Origin: an uncultured Candidatus Rokubacteria bacterium
Lineage (GTDB): Bacteria > Methylomirabilota > Methylomirabilia > Rokubacteriales > CSP1-6
Assembly: GCA_963762145.1 (NCBI GenBank)
Contig: CAVXJS010000007.1
Location: forward strand, 192,001 to 256,000
Direction: 5' to 3'
Length of the DNA: 64,000 nucleotides
This document shows, one piece after another, positions 40,837-49,550 of this stretch. The notes under the pieces were generated by a model. It was given only the letters and a program-made list of their open reading frames with translations. It made no database searches and was not told where the DNA came from. How positions within the stretch are numbered: the first letter of the stretch is position 1; each line of letters starts with the position of its first letter. The translations under genes and the position numbers were made by a program.

Positions 40837-41465
40837 GGCTTCTTCTTCCCGCCCTTGTCCTCGGCGAGCAGCTCGTCCTGCTTGTTGCGGAGCTTCGAGA
40901 CCAGCTCGTTGTAGGACGTGGTCTGGATGATCTTGTTGAACTGGGTACGGTAGTTCGACACGAGGCTCACGCCCTCGATGCTGACGTCATAGACGAGCCA
41001 CCGGTCGGCCCGCTTGAGCAGCCGGTAGTCCACCGGGACCTCGGTGCCGTTCTTGGTCACGATGCGGGTGGACACGGTGGCGAGGTCGCCGTCCGCGCGC
41101 TCGGCGGTGTACTGGATCTTCTCGCCCCCGTACGTCTCGATCTTGGAGATGTAGGAGCGCTCGAGCAGGTCGGCGAACAGGCTCACGAACTCGGCCCGCT
41201 GGGCTTCGGAGAGGGGCTGCCAGTGCCGGGCCAGGGACCGCTTCGCGATCTCGTTGAAGTCGAAGATCTCGTTGGCGATCCGACGGACGGCCGCCCGGCG
41301 ATCGTTCTGGTTCCCCCTGAGCGCCGGATCGTCGAGGGTCTTGAGGACCCGCTCCACCGCGCCCTTGAGCTGGTCGGTGGGCACTCCCGCCGCCGCGGGC
41401 CCCGCGCCGAGCCCGATCAACAGCGCGCCCGCCAGCACCATCGCCCCCATGCGAAGCCAGTTCAT
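40833..41465 (-). CDS. mlaC: MlaC/HpnM periplasmic lipid-binding protein
   Basis: Signal peptide, FDFNEIAKRSL, VYDVSIEGVSLVSNYRTQF. Confidence 0.9.
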   Translation of the reverse strand: MNWLRMGAMVLAGALLIGLGAGPAAAGVPTDQLKGAVERVLKTLDDPALRGNQNDRRAAVRRIANEIFDFNEIAKRSLARHWQPLSEAQRAEFVSLFADLLERSYISKIETYGGEKIQYTAERADGDLATVSTRIVTKNGTEVPVDYRLLKRADRWLVYDVSIEGVSLVSNYRTQFNKIIQTTSYNELVSKLRNKQDELLAEDKGGKKKP

Positions 41466-41490
41466 CGAATACCTCCCTGGATGAGTGGGA

Positions 41491-41931
41491 CTAGACCTTG
41501 CCGAAGATGTACTTGGAGAGCAGCTCCTCGATGTCGACCGGCGGCTCCACCTCGCGGATCCGGCCGTTGGGCTCGATGATCTTGTCCGACCCGCCCGGGC
41601 TGATGCGCACGTACCGCTCGCCGATCAGCCCCTTGGTCTTGATGGAGGCGATCGAGTCGTCCTGGAGCTTGATGCCGGGCTGGATGACCATGATCACCCG
41701 CGCCTGGTAGTCCTGCAGGAGGATCTTGTCCACCCGCCCGATCTCGACGCCCGCGATCTCGATGGCGGACCCGGCCTTGAGGCCTCCCACCGACGGGAAA
41801 TCGGCGCTGATCACGTAGCCCCGGTTGCCCAGGAGGTCGACGCGCCCGAGCTTGACCGACATCCAGCCGAGCGCGAGGAGCCCGACGAGCACGAAGATGC
41901 CGACGCCCAGTTCCAGTACGGAACGCTTCAT
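41491..41931 (-). CDS. mlaD: MlaD MCE-domain protein
   Basis: ELGVGIFV, GGLK.G..IEIAGVEIGRV, IKTKGLIGERY. Confidence 0.9.
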   Translation of the reverse strand: MKRSVLELGVGIFVLVGLLALGWMSVKLGRVDLLGNRGYVISADFPSVGGLKAGSAIEIAGVEIGRVDKILLQDYQARVIMVIQPGIKLQDDSIASIKTKGLIGERYVRISPGGSDKIIEPNGRIREVEPPVDIEELLSKYIFGKV

Positions 41932-42698
41932 TCTGGTCTCCCGGCTAAGCGCCGTTGCGCCGCAGGCACCATCTCGATGTCCCCGCGGATGAACTGCTGG
42001 ACGATGGGGTTCGCCGAGGCGCGCACCGCCTCCGGCGTCCCGACCTCGACGATCGTACCCTCGTGGAGCATGGCGACCCGGTCCGCGATCTCGAAGATCT
42101 CCGGGATCTCGTGGCTGACCATGACCGCGGTGAAGCGGAACTTGCGGTGCAGCTCCACGACGAGGTGATGGATGGTATTGACCAGGATCGGATCGAGGCC
42201 GGTGGTCGGCTCGTCGAAGAAGACGATCTCGGGCTCGATGATCAGGGCCCGCGCGATGGCGACGCGCTTGCGCATGCCGCCCGAGATCTCCGCCGGGTTC
42301 TTCTGTCCCATGCCGGAGAGCCCGACCTGCGCGAGCTTCTCCTTCACCCGGCTCCGGATCTCCTTGGGCGTCAGGCGGCTCTTCTCCCGGAGCGGGAAGG
42401 CGACGTTCTCGGCCACCGACATGGAGTCGAAGAGGGCGCCCCCCTGGAAGACGACCCCGTAGCGCTCGCGCACCCGGTCCAGCTCGCTCCCGCGCAGTCG
42501 GGTGATCTCGGTTCCGTCGACCGCGACGCTGCCCGAGTCGGGGCGGAGCAGCCCGATCAGATGCTTGAGCAGGACCGACTTGCCGCCGCCGCTCCGGCCG
42601 ATGACGACCATGATCTCGCCGGTGGCGACGTCGAGATCGACGCCGCGCAGGACCGGCTGGCTGCCGAAGCTCCTGTACAGGCGCTGGATCCGGATCAC
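41928..42698 (-). CDS. mlaF: MlaF ABC ATPase
   Basis: GRSGGGKS, ISGGMRKRV, FDEPTTGLD. Confidence 0.92.
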   Translation of the reverse strand: MIRIQRLYRSFGSQPVLRGVDLDVATGEIMVVIGRSGGGKSVLLKHLIGLLRPDSGSVAVDGTEITRLRGSELDRVRERYGVVFQGGALFDSMSVAENVAFPLREKSRLTPKEIRSRVKEKLAQVGLSGMGQKNPAEISGGMRKRVAIARALIIEPEIVFFDEPTTGLDPILVNTIHHLVVELHRKFRFTAVMVSHEIPEIFEIADRVAMLHEGTIVEVGTPEAVRASANPIVQQFIRGDIEMVPAAQRRLAGRPE

Positions 42699-43501
42699 GG
42701 CAGGACGGACCCGAGGAAATAGTCCCAGACCAGGATGAGGATGGACGTCAGGACCACCGCCTGGGTGGTGGCGCGCGCGACGCCCTCGGCGCCGTGCCCG
42801 CAGTGGAAGCCCTTGTAGGTGCAGACCCAGGGCACGATGATCCCGAACGAGATCGCCTTCCAGTACCCGGTCATGAGGTCGGACATGGTGACGAAGGTCT
42901 TCATCTCGCCGAAGTACGTGCCGGGAGAGAGCCCGAGGAGCTCGACCCCGACCAGGTAGCCGCCGAAGATGCCCACCACGTCGAAGAGCGCGGTCAGCAG
43001 CGGAAAGGTGATCAGCCCCGCCACCAGGGCCGGCGACACCAGGTACCGCATGGGGTTGAGCGCCATGACCTGGAGCGCGTCGATCTGCTCCGTGATCTTC
43101 ATGATGCCGATCTCGGCGGTCAGCGCCGAGCCGGCCAGGCCGGTGACGAACACCGCGCACAGCACCGGGCCCAGCTCCCGGATCAAGGACAGGGCCACCG
43201 CGGGGCCCAGATAGGCCTCCGAGCCGAACCGCGACAGGGTGAGGAAGATCTGCAGCCCCAGCACCATGCCGGTGAACGCCCCGGTCAGGATGACGATGGT
43301 CAGCGACCGGAAGCCGATGAAGTGGATGCGGTCGACCAGCCGTCCGAGCTTGAAGGGCGGGATGAAGACGTATCCGACCGCCTGCGCGAAGAACTGGCCG
43401 AATCGGCCCAGCGCCGAGACGAGGTCGAGGACCATCCCCCCGAGTGCCGCGATCGGACGAAGCGGCGCCGGCCATAGTTCGCGCGTGGGCGACGAAAACA
43501 T
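42695..43501 (-). CDS. mlaE: MlaE ABC permease
   Basis: IRELGPVL, AEIGIMKITEQIDAL, GAEGVARATT. Confidence 0.92.
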   Translation of the reverse strand: MFSSPTRELWPAPLRPIAALGGMVLDLVSALGRFGQFFAQAVGYVFIPPFKLGRLVDRIHFIGFRSLTIVILTGAFTGMVLGLQIFLTLSRFGSEAYLGPAVALSLIRELGPVLCAVFVTGLAGSALTAEIGIMKITEQIDALQVMALNPMRYLVSPALVAGLITFPLLTALFDVVGIFGGYLVGVELLGLSPGTYFGEMKTFVTMSDLMTGYWKAISFGIIVPWVCTYKGFHCGHGAEGVARATTQAVVLTSILILVWDYFLGSVLP

Positions 43502-43543
43502 CGCCCGATACTAGCACAGAGCCCCGTCAACTCGCCGCCGTCC

Positions 43544-43572
43544 TTGAAAAAAATCGGTCAGTTCCGTATCGT
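43544..43572 (+). promoter_or_regulatory. Sigma70-like promoter for the rightward hpn operon
   Basis: TTGAAA-N17-TATCGT in the divergent intergenic region. Confidence 0.55.
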
Positions 43573-43596
43573 GAATGCGTGGCGCACCCGCACTCG

Positions 43597-44367
43597 ATGG
43601 ACACGGTCTGGTCGGTCGTGAGCCTCCTCGGCGGCACCTTCGTGCTGCGACCGTACGTGGTCGGCTTCCTGGCCTTCTTCCTGGTCGCGGCCACGCGGGA
43701 TCTCGGCCGCGCGGGGGCCCTCGGGTTCCTGGTCTGGGGCTTCCTCGTCGCGCTGGTGGCCGAGCTCTCGTCGACGCGCGTGGGGCTGCCCTTCGGCCTC
43801 TATCACTACACCGGAGCGACCGCGGGCGCGGAGCTGTTCATCCGGAACGTCCCGTTCTTCTCGCCTCTGTCGTTTCCGTTCCTGGCCTATGCCTCCTTTT
43901 GCCTGGCCCGGTGGGCCCTGGGCCCGGGCTGGGCCGGGAGCCGCGCAGCCCGTCTCCGCACGGTCGCTCTCGCGGGCCTGCTGATGACGCTGCTGGACGT
44001 CGTCATCGATCCGCTCGCGGTGCGGGGCGAGCTCTGGTTCCTCGGCCATGTCTTCATCTACCCGGAGGGCGGGCTCTACTTCGGGGTCCCGCTCTCGAAT
44101 TTCGTCGGCTGGTGTCTGGTCGGCTTGGCCACCGTCGGGGGCTACGTCAACGTGGCCGGGGACGGACGGATGGGCTCGCCCCGCCTGGGGATCGCGCTCT
44201 ACTACGGGGTCCTGGCGGTGAACCTGGCCGTGACGGTGTGGACCGGCGAATTACTCATTGCCGCCGCGGGAATAGTGGTTCAGTCGGGGGTCTTTCTGCT
44301 ACTGTACACTGTCAATCGGGTCTCGCCCGGTCGATGGTCGGCCGGGCGGCTGTCTGTCACCTCCTGA
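43597..44367 (+). CDS. CruF-like (carotenoid 1,2-hydratase family) membrane protein
   Basis: E...G.PFG.Y.Y, DVVIDP, YFGVPLSNFVGW motifs. Confidence 0.8.
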   Translation: MDTVWSVVSLLGGTFVLRPYVVGFLAFFLVAATRDLGRAGALGFLVWGFLVALVAELSSTRVGLPFGLYHYTGATAGAELFIRNVPFFSPLSFPFLAYASFCLARWALGPGWAGSRAARLRTVALAGLLMTLLDVVIDPLAVRGELWFLGHVFIYPEGGLYFGVPLSNFVGWCLVGLATVGGYVNVAGDGRMGSPRLGIALYYGVLAVNLAVTVWTGELLIAAAGIVVQSGVFLLLYTVNRVSPGRWSAGRLSVTS

Positions 44368-44388
44368 CGCTGAAAGGGTTCGCGAGAC

Positions 44389-45405
44389 ATGGGCGTTCCG
44401 GTATCTCAGATGTGGACGGTGGCGACGTACGTCCTCGGCCAGAAGCTGGCCGGGCGCAAGCGCTATCCGCTCGTTCTGATGCTCGAGCCGCTCTTCCGCT
44501 GCAATCTGGCCTGTGCCGGATGCGGGAAGATCCAGTACCCGGCCCAGATCCTCAAGAAGCACCTGAGCATCGAGAAATGCCTGGCCGCGGTGGAGGAGTG
44601 CGGCGCGCCGATGGTCAGCATTCCGGGTGGGGAGCCGCTCATGTACCCGGAGATCGACCGGCTGGTGAAGGAGCTGGTGAAGCGGAAAAAGTACGTGTAT
44701 CTGTGCACGAACGCCATCCTGCTGAAGGAGAAGCTCGACCTCTTCACCCCGTCGAAGTACCTCTCGTTCAGCGTCCACATGGACGGCCTGCGCGAGGAGC
44801 ACGACGAGGCGGTGTGCCGGGACGGCGTCTACGACCAGGCGGTGCCCGCGATCCGCGAGGCGGTGGCGCGCGGCTTCCGGGTGACGACGAACAGCACGCT
44901 GTTCGACGGGGCCTCGCCGCTGCGGATGCGCGAGTTCTTCGACGAGATGATGACGCTGGGCGTCGAGGGCATGATGATCTCCCCGGGCTACAGCTACTCG
45001 AAGGCCCCCGATCAGGAGCACTTCCTGCTGGAGGCCCGCACCCACGAGCTCTTCACCACGATGCTCTCGAAGCCGAAGAAGCGCTGGCGCTTCAACCAGT
45101 CGCCGCTCTTCCTTCGCTTCCTGATGGGCAAGAAGGACTTCGAGTGCACCCCGTGGGGCAACCCGACCTACAACATGTTCGGGTGGCAGCGCCCGTGCTA
45201 TCTGCTCCAGGAGGGCTACACCAAGACCTTCCGGGAGCTGATGGACACCACCCCCTGGGAGAACTACGGCAAGAAGAGCGGCAACGAGAAGTGCCGGGAC
45301 TGCATGGTGCACTGCGGGTACGAGGCCACGGCCGTGGACTACACGTTCAGCTCGATGAAGGGCTTCGTGGAGACGGTCGGGGTCACGCTGACCGGCAAGC
45401 TCTAG
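44389..45405 (+). CDS. hpnH: Adenosyl-hopene transferase (radical SAM)
   Basis: LMLEPLFRCNLACAGCGKI, CTPWGNPT, CMVHCGYE. Confidence 0.95.
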   Translation: MGVPVSQMWTVATYVLGQKLAGRKRYPLVLMLEPLFRCNLACAGCGKIQYPAQILKKHLSIEKCLAAVEECGAPMVSIPGGEPLMYPEIDRLVKELVKRKKYVYLCTNAILLKEKLDLFTPSKYLSFSVHMDGLREEHDEAVCRDGVYDQAVPAIREAVARGFRVTTNSTLFDGASPLRMREFFDEMMTLGVEGMMISPGYSYSKAPDQEHFLLEARTHELFTTMLSKPKKRWRFNQSPLFLRFLMGKKDFECTPWGNPTYNMFGWQRPCYLLQEGYTKTFRELMDTTPWENYGKKSGNEKCRDCMVHCGYEATAVDYTFSSMKGFVETVGVTLTGKL

Positions 45406-45415
45406 AGGGCGCGGC

Positions 45416-45775
45416 ATGAGCCTCGAGGGCTGGGTGCCCGAGGTCGGGCAGTACCTGACGCTGGCGGAAGTGGTGGAGTTCGCCTTCGACTACCGGGGCA
45501 ACACCACGATCGTCCGGACCGACGGCACCGAGGTGGTCGGCTACATCTTCAACCGCAATACCTACGGGCCCGAGCCCTACCTCGAGTACTTCGACGAGGG
45601 CGGGGAGGGTCCCTTCACGCTCCGCTACGCCGAGGTCGCCAACATCAAGTTTTCCGGCAAGGACACCGCGGCCGGGAACAGCTGGCGGGCGTGGATCGAG
45701 CGCAAGGAGCGGGAGAAGGCCGAGAAGGGCGCGGCCGCCGGGGTTGTCCGGAATTCTGATCCTCACCGCGGTTGA
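45416..45775 (+). CDS. Hypothetical protein in hpn operon
   Basis: Host-like codon usage, tight spacing; AFDYRG...DG..V.GYIFNR. Confidence 0.7.
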   Translation: MSLEGWVPEVGQYLTLAEVVEFAFDYRGNTTIVRTDGTEVVGYIFNRNTYGPEPYLEYFDEGGEGPFTLRYAEVANIKFSGKDTAAGNSWRAWIERKEREKAEKGAAAGVVRNSDPHRG

Positions 45776-46460
45776 GCTCGAGGCGCGGGTCCTGGCCCGC
45801 CGGCTCGAGCTTCCGCCTATCACCGTCCTGCCCTTTCCCGCCTTCGGGCGCGGTCTGCTCCGGGTCGCGCCGGTCGGTCTGCGGGCCGGCCTCCTCGGCT
45901 CGCGCTGGCCGCGGCTGCTCGCCGGGTTCAACTATCCGCTCGTGGTCTCGAGCGGTGTCTGCGGCGGCCTCGCGCCCGACCTGAGCGTGGGCGAGCTCGT
46001 CGTGCCCGAGAGCGTGCTCGGGCCCGGCGGCGAGCGCCTCAACGTGACGCCCACGCGGCACCGGCAGGCCACCGAGCTGGCGGGCGCCGCGCGCGGCGGC
46101 ACCCTCGTGACCTCGCGCGAGGTGGCGGCGACCGCCGAGGCCAAGGCGGCGCTCTTCGCGAGCACCGGCGCGGTGGCGGTGGACCTGGAGTCCGCCATCA
46201 TCCTGACGCACGCGGGGTCCGCGGGCTGCCCGACGCTGGTCGTGCGCGGCGTCTCGGACGCGGCGGGCGACAGCGTGCCGCTCGAGCTCATCGAGCTCAT
46301 GACGCCGGAGGGGAAGCTGCGCCCGGGGCGCGCGCTGGCCCTGACCGTCACGCGCCCGCGCCTGCTGCCGCGGGCCCTTGCCCTGAGTCGCGCCACGCGG
46401 CTCGCCCTCACCGCGGTCGCGCGGGTGATCGCGGCGATCGCGGCCTCATCGCGGCCGTGA
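45744..46460 (+). CDS. hpnG: Hopanoid-associated nucleoside phosphorylase
   Basis: TAVELE, GVCGGL.P, AVDLES, VRGVSD (PNP/MTAN fold) after hpnH. Confidence 0.85.
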   Translation: MSGILILTAVELEARVLARRLELPPITVLPFPAFGRGLLRVAPVGLRAGLLGSRWPRLLAGFNYPLVVSSGVCGGLAPDLSVGELVVPESVLGPGGERLNVTPTRHRQATELAGAARGGTLVTSREVAATAEAKAALFASTGAVAVDLESAIILTHAGSAGCPTLVVRGVSDAAGDSVPLELIELMTPEGKLRPGRALALTVTRPRLLPRALALSRATRLALTAVARVIAAIAASSRP

Positions 46461-47470
46461 ACGTCCTCGTCACCGGGGGCACCGGGTTCGTGGGGGCCAA
46501 CCTCGTACGGGAGCTCCTCGCGGACGGCCACACGGTGCGCGTGCTGGCGCGGCCCGGCGGCGACCGGCGCGCCCTCGAGGGCTGCGCGGTGGACATCGTC
46601 GAGGGCGACCTGCTGGATGCCCGGTCGCTCCGCGTGGCGGTGGCCGGGGCCCGTCACGTCTACCACGTGGCCGCCGACTACCGGCTCTGGGCGCCGGACC
46701 TCCAGGTGCTCTACCGCGCCAACGTGGATGGCACGCGGCACCTCCTGGCCGCGGCGGCCGAGGCGGGCGCGGAGCGCATCGTCTACACCTCCACGGTGGG
46801 CGCGGTCGGCATTCCCAAGGACGGCACCCCGGGGGACGAGACGACGCCGGTGTCCCTCGCCGACATGGTCGGCGCGTACAAGGCGTCGAAGTTCTTGGCC
46901 GAGCGGGTGGCCGACGAATGGGCGGCGCGCGGCGCGCCGGTGATCATCGTCAATCCGTCGGCGCCGATCGGCCCGTGGGATATCAAGCCCACGCCCACCG
47001 GGCAGATGATCGTGGACTTCCTGAACGGCAAGATGGTCGGGTCGGTGGATACCGGGCTCAACATCGTCCACGTTCGCGACGTGGCCCGCGGCCACATCCT
47101 GGCCGCCGAGAAGGGCCGGGTGGGCGAGCGCTACATCCTGGGCCACCGCGACCTGTCGCTTCTGGAGATCTTCCAGATGCTCTCTACCCTGACCGGGGTG
47201 CCCGCGCCGCGCTTCCGCGTGCCGTACGCGGTCGCGTGGATGGCGGCCGCCGCCATGGAGGGCGTCTCCCTCGTCACCCGCCGTCCCCCCGCGGTGCCCC
47301 TCACCGCGGTGCGCATGTCCCGCAAGCGCATGTACTTCAGCACGGCCAAGGCGATCCGAGAACTAGGATTGCCGCAGACGCCAGCGGAGACCGCCCTCAA
47401 GGACGCGGTGGCCTGGTTTACCGACCGCGGCTATGCGAACGCCAAACGGAATCGGGGAAGCGCGGCATGA
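46457..47470 (+). CDS. hpnA: Hopanoid-associated NAD-dependent epimerase/dehydratase
   Basis: TGGTGFVG, HVAADYRLW, YKASK, DIKPTPTG. Confidence 0.92.
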   Translation: MNVLVTGGTGFVGANLVRELLADGHTVRVLARPGGDRRALEGCAVDIVEGDLLDARSLRVAVAGARHVYHVAADYRLWAPDLQVLYRANVDGTRHLLAAAAEAGAERIVYTSTVGAVGIPKDGTPGDETTPVSLADMVGAYKASKFLAERVADEWAARGAPVIIVNPSAPIGPWDIKPTPTGQMIVDFLNGKMVGSVDTGLNIVHVRDVARGHILAAEKGRVGERYILGHRDLSLLEIFQMLSTLTGVPAPRFRVPYAVAWMAAAAMEGVSLVTRRPPAVPLTAVRMSRKRMYFSTAKAIRELGLPQTPAETALKDAVAWFTDRGYANAKRNRGSAA

Positions 47471-47690
47471 GGTGGGGTATCGAGCGCGGCGCCCACACCC
47501 AAACGGAATCGGGGAGCGCGGCATGACGTGGGGTGGAGAGCGCGGCGTGACGTGGGGTACCGAGCGCGGCGCCTACACGCCAAACGGAACTGGGGGAGTG
47601 CGGGGGCCATTTCTGGGCCCCCGCATATGAAGAGCTTTTAAGAACTAGACGGATGACAGCACAGACAGCCCAGACGACAGCACAGAAGGA
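47440..47690. repeat. Mosaic tandem repeat, GC hairpin and short direct repeats
   Basis: AGCGCGGC x5 (47459, 47483, 47515, 47539, 47563); CCAAACGGAA x3 (47442, 47499, 47580); 10-bp stem 47599-47625; GACAGC(A/C)CAGA x3 (47655-47686). Confidence 0.85.
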
Positions 47691-47699
47691 TACGACGGC

Positions 47700-48548
47700 A
47701 TGAACGCCGGACAGTTCGTCTCGCGTCTGACCCGCAAGAGCCGCTCGAACTTCTTCTACGCGTTCCTCTGCCTCCCCCGGGCCCAGCGCGAGGCGATCTA
47801 CGCGTGCTACGCCTTCTGCCGCATCGTGGACGACGCGGTGGACCTGGTGTCCGACCGCGAGAAGCAGCGCGCGGAGCTCGGACGCTGGCGCGAGGAGATC
47901 GCGCGCGTCTACGAAGGGCGGCCCGAGCATCCGGCGGGCCAGCGACTGCAGGTGGCGGTCCGGCAGTTCCCGATCCCGCGCGCCGCGCTCGAGGAGATCA
48001 TCGCGGGAGTGGAGATGGACATGGACCATCCCACCTACGAGACCTTCGACACGCTGTATCCCTACTGCTATCGGGTGGCCTCCGCGGTGGGGCTCTGCTG
48101 CATCGAGATCTTCGGCTACTCGGACCCGCGGACGCGCGAGTACGCGGTGAACCTGGGGGTCGCGCTCCAGCTCACCAACATCCTCCGAGACGTCCAGGTG
48201 GACGCGCGCATCGGGCGCGTCTACCTCCCGCAGGCCGACCTGCGGCGCTTCGGGGTGGCCGCGGAGGACCTGGCGCAGGGGCGGTACACGCCCGCCTTCG
48301 TCGAGCTCATGACCTTCGAGGCATCGCGCGCCCACGAGTACTACCAGCGCGCGTGGGCGGCGCTGCCGGCGGCCGACGCGCGGCGGCTGTTCGCGGCCGA
48401 GATCATGGGCCGTACCTACTTCGCGCTGCTGCGGGCCATCGAGGCGCGGCGCTTCGACGTCTTCACCCGTCGCGTTGCCCTGTCCACCCCCCGCCGTCTC
48501 GCCATCGCCTTCCGCTGCTGGCTCGGTGCCCGCCTGGCCGTCTCGTGA
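47700..48548 (+). CDS. hpnD: Presqualene diphosphate synthase (squalene/phytoene synthase family)
   Basis: SNFFYAF, YAFCRIVDDAVD, YCYRVAS, QLTNILRDV, GRVYLP. Confidence 0.85.
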   Translation: MNAGQFVSRLTRKSRSNFFYAFLCLPRAQREAIYACYAFCRIVDDAVDLVSDREKQRAELGRWREEIARVYEGRPEHPAGQRLQVAVRQFPIPRAALEEIIAGVEMDMDHPTYETFDTLYPYCYRVASAVGLCCIEIFGYSDPRTREYAVNLGVALQLTNILRDVQVDARIGRVYLPQADLRRFGVAAEDLAQGRYTPAFVELMTFEASRAHEYYQRAWAALPAADARRLFAAEIMGRTYFALLRAIEARRFDVFTRRVALSTPRRLAIAFRCWLGARLAVS

Positions 48549-49549
48549 AGGCCGCGGTCTGCGACGGGGGTGCCATCGAGCTGCGCGAGTGGCCCGTGCC
48601 CACCCCGGGCCCCGGCGAGCTCCTGCTGCGCGTGAGCGGCTGCGGGCTCTGCGGCTCCGACATCCTCAAGATCAACGCGGCCACACCCGGGCCGGCCGTC
48701 CTCGGCCACGAGGTGGTGGGGCAGGTCGTGGAGATCGGGGCGGGGGTGCGGCGCTTCGCGCCCGGCGACCGGCTCGTGGTCGCCCATCACGTGCCGTGCT
48801 TTCGCTGCCACTACTGCCGGCGCGGCAGCCCCTCCATGTGCCGCCACTTCAAGCGGGTCAATCTCGATCCGGGCGGCTTCGCGGAGCTGGTCCGCGTGCC
48901 CGCGCCCAACGTGGAGCACGCCGCCTTCCGCCTGCCCGCCGGGATGACCGAGGAGACCGCGTCCTTCACCGAGCCGCTGGCCTGCTGCCTGCGCGCGGTG
49001 AAGCGGAGCCAGGTGGCCGCGGGTGACACCGCGCTCGTGGTGGGCCTCGGCTCGATTGGCTGCCTGCTGGCCCAGCTCCTCGCTCTCGAGGGCGCGCGGG
49101 TCTTCGCCGCCGACCTGCTCGAGTCCCGGCGCGCGCTGGGGCGCCACCTGGGCGCGCGCGTGCTCGATGACGACGCCGCGCTGGACGCCGCGCTGGGCGA
49201 GGCGACCGACGGGCGCGGCGCCGATCTCGTGGTCATCACCGCGGGCGGTGCCGCCGCGCTGCCCGCCGCGGCCGCGCGCGTGCGCGACGGCGGGACGCTG
49301 CACTACTTCGCGGGCGGCGCGGGTGAGGGCCTGCCACTGTCGCTCGGCGCGCTCTACCATCGCGAGCTGACGCTCACCGCCACCTACTCGTCCTCCCCGG
49401 CCGAGCTCGAGGAGGCCTTCGCGCTCCTGGCGGGGGATCGGATCCGGGTGGACGGTCTCATCAGCCACCGGCTTCCGCTCGGGCGCCTGGGCGAAGGCGT
49501 GGAGCTGATGCGCCGCCACGAGGCGGTGAAGGTCTACGTGATTCCGTAG
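48545..49549 (+). CDS. Zn-dependent (sorbitol/threonine-type) alcohol dehydrogenase 1
   Basis: CGSD, GHE, CFRCHYC...C, EPLAC, GLGSIG. Confidence 0.88.
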   Translation: MKAAVCDGGAIELREWPVPTPGPGELLLRVSGCGLCGSDILKINAATPGPAVLGHEVVGQVVEIGAGVRRFAPGDRLVVAHHVPCFRCHYCRRGSPSMCRHFKRVNLDPGGFAELVRVPAPNVEHAAFRLPAGMTEETASFTEPLACCLRAVKRSQVAAGDTALVVGLGSIGCLLAQLLALEGARVFAADLLESRRALGRHLGARVLDDDAALDAALGEATDGRGADLVVITAGGAAALPAAAARVRDGGTLHYFAGGAGEGLPLSLGALYHRELTLTATYSSSPAELEEAFALLAGDRIRVDGLISHRLPLGRLGEGVELMRRHEAVKVYVIP

Positions 49550-49550
49550 C

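Noticed and set aside
47440-47600. Possible CRISPR array
   Set aside because: The core repeat is only 8-10 bp, the intervening sequences are themselves repeated, and no cas genes are present.
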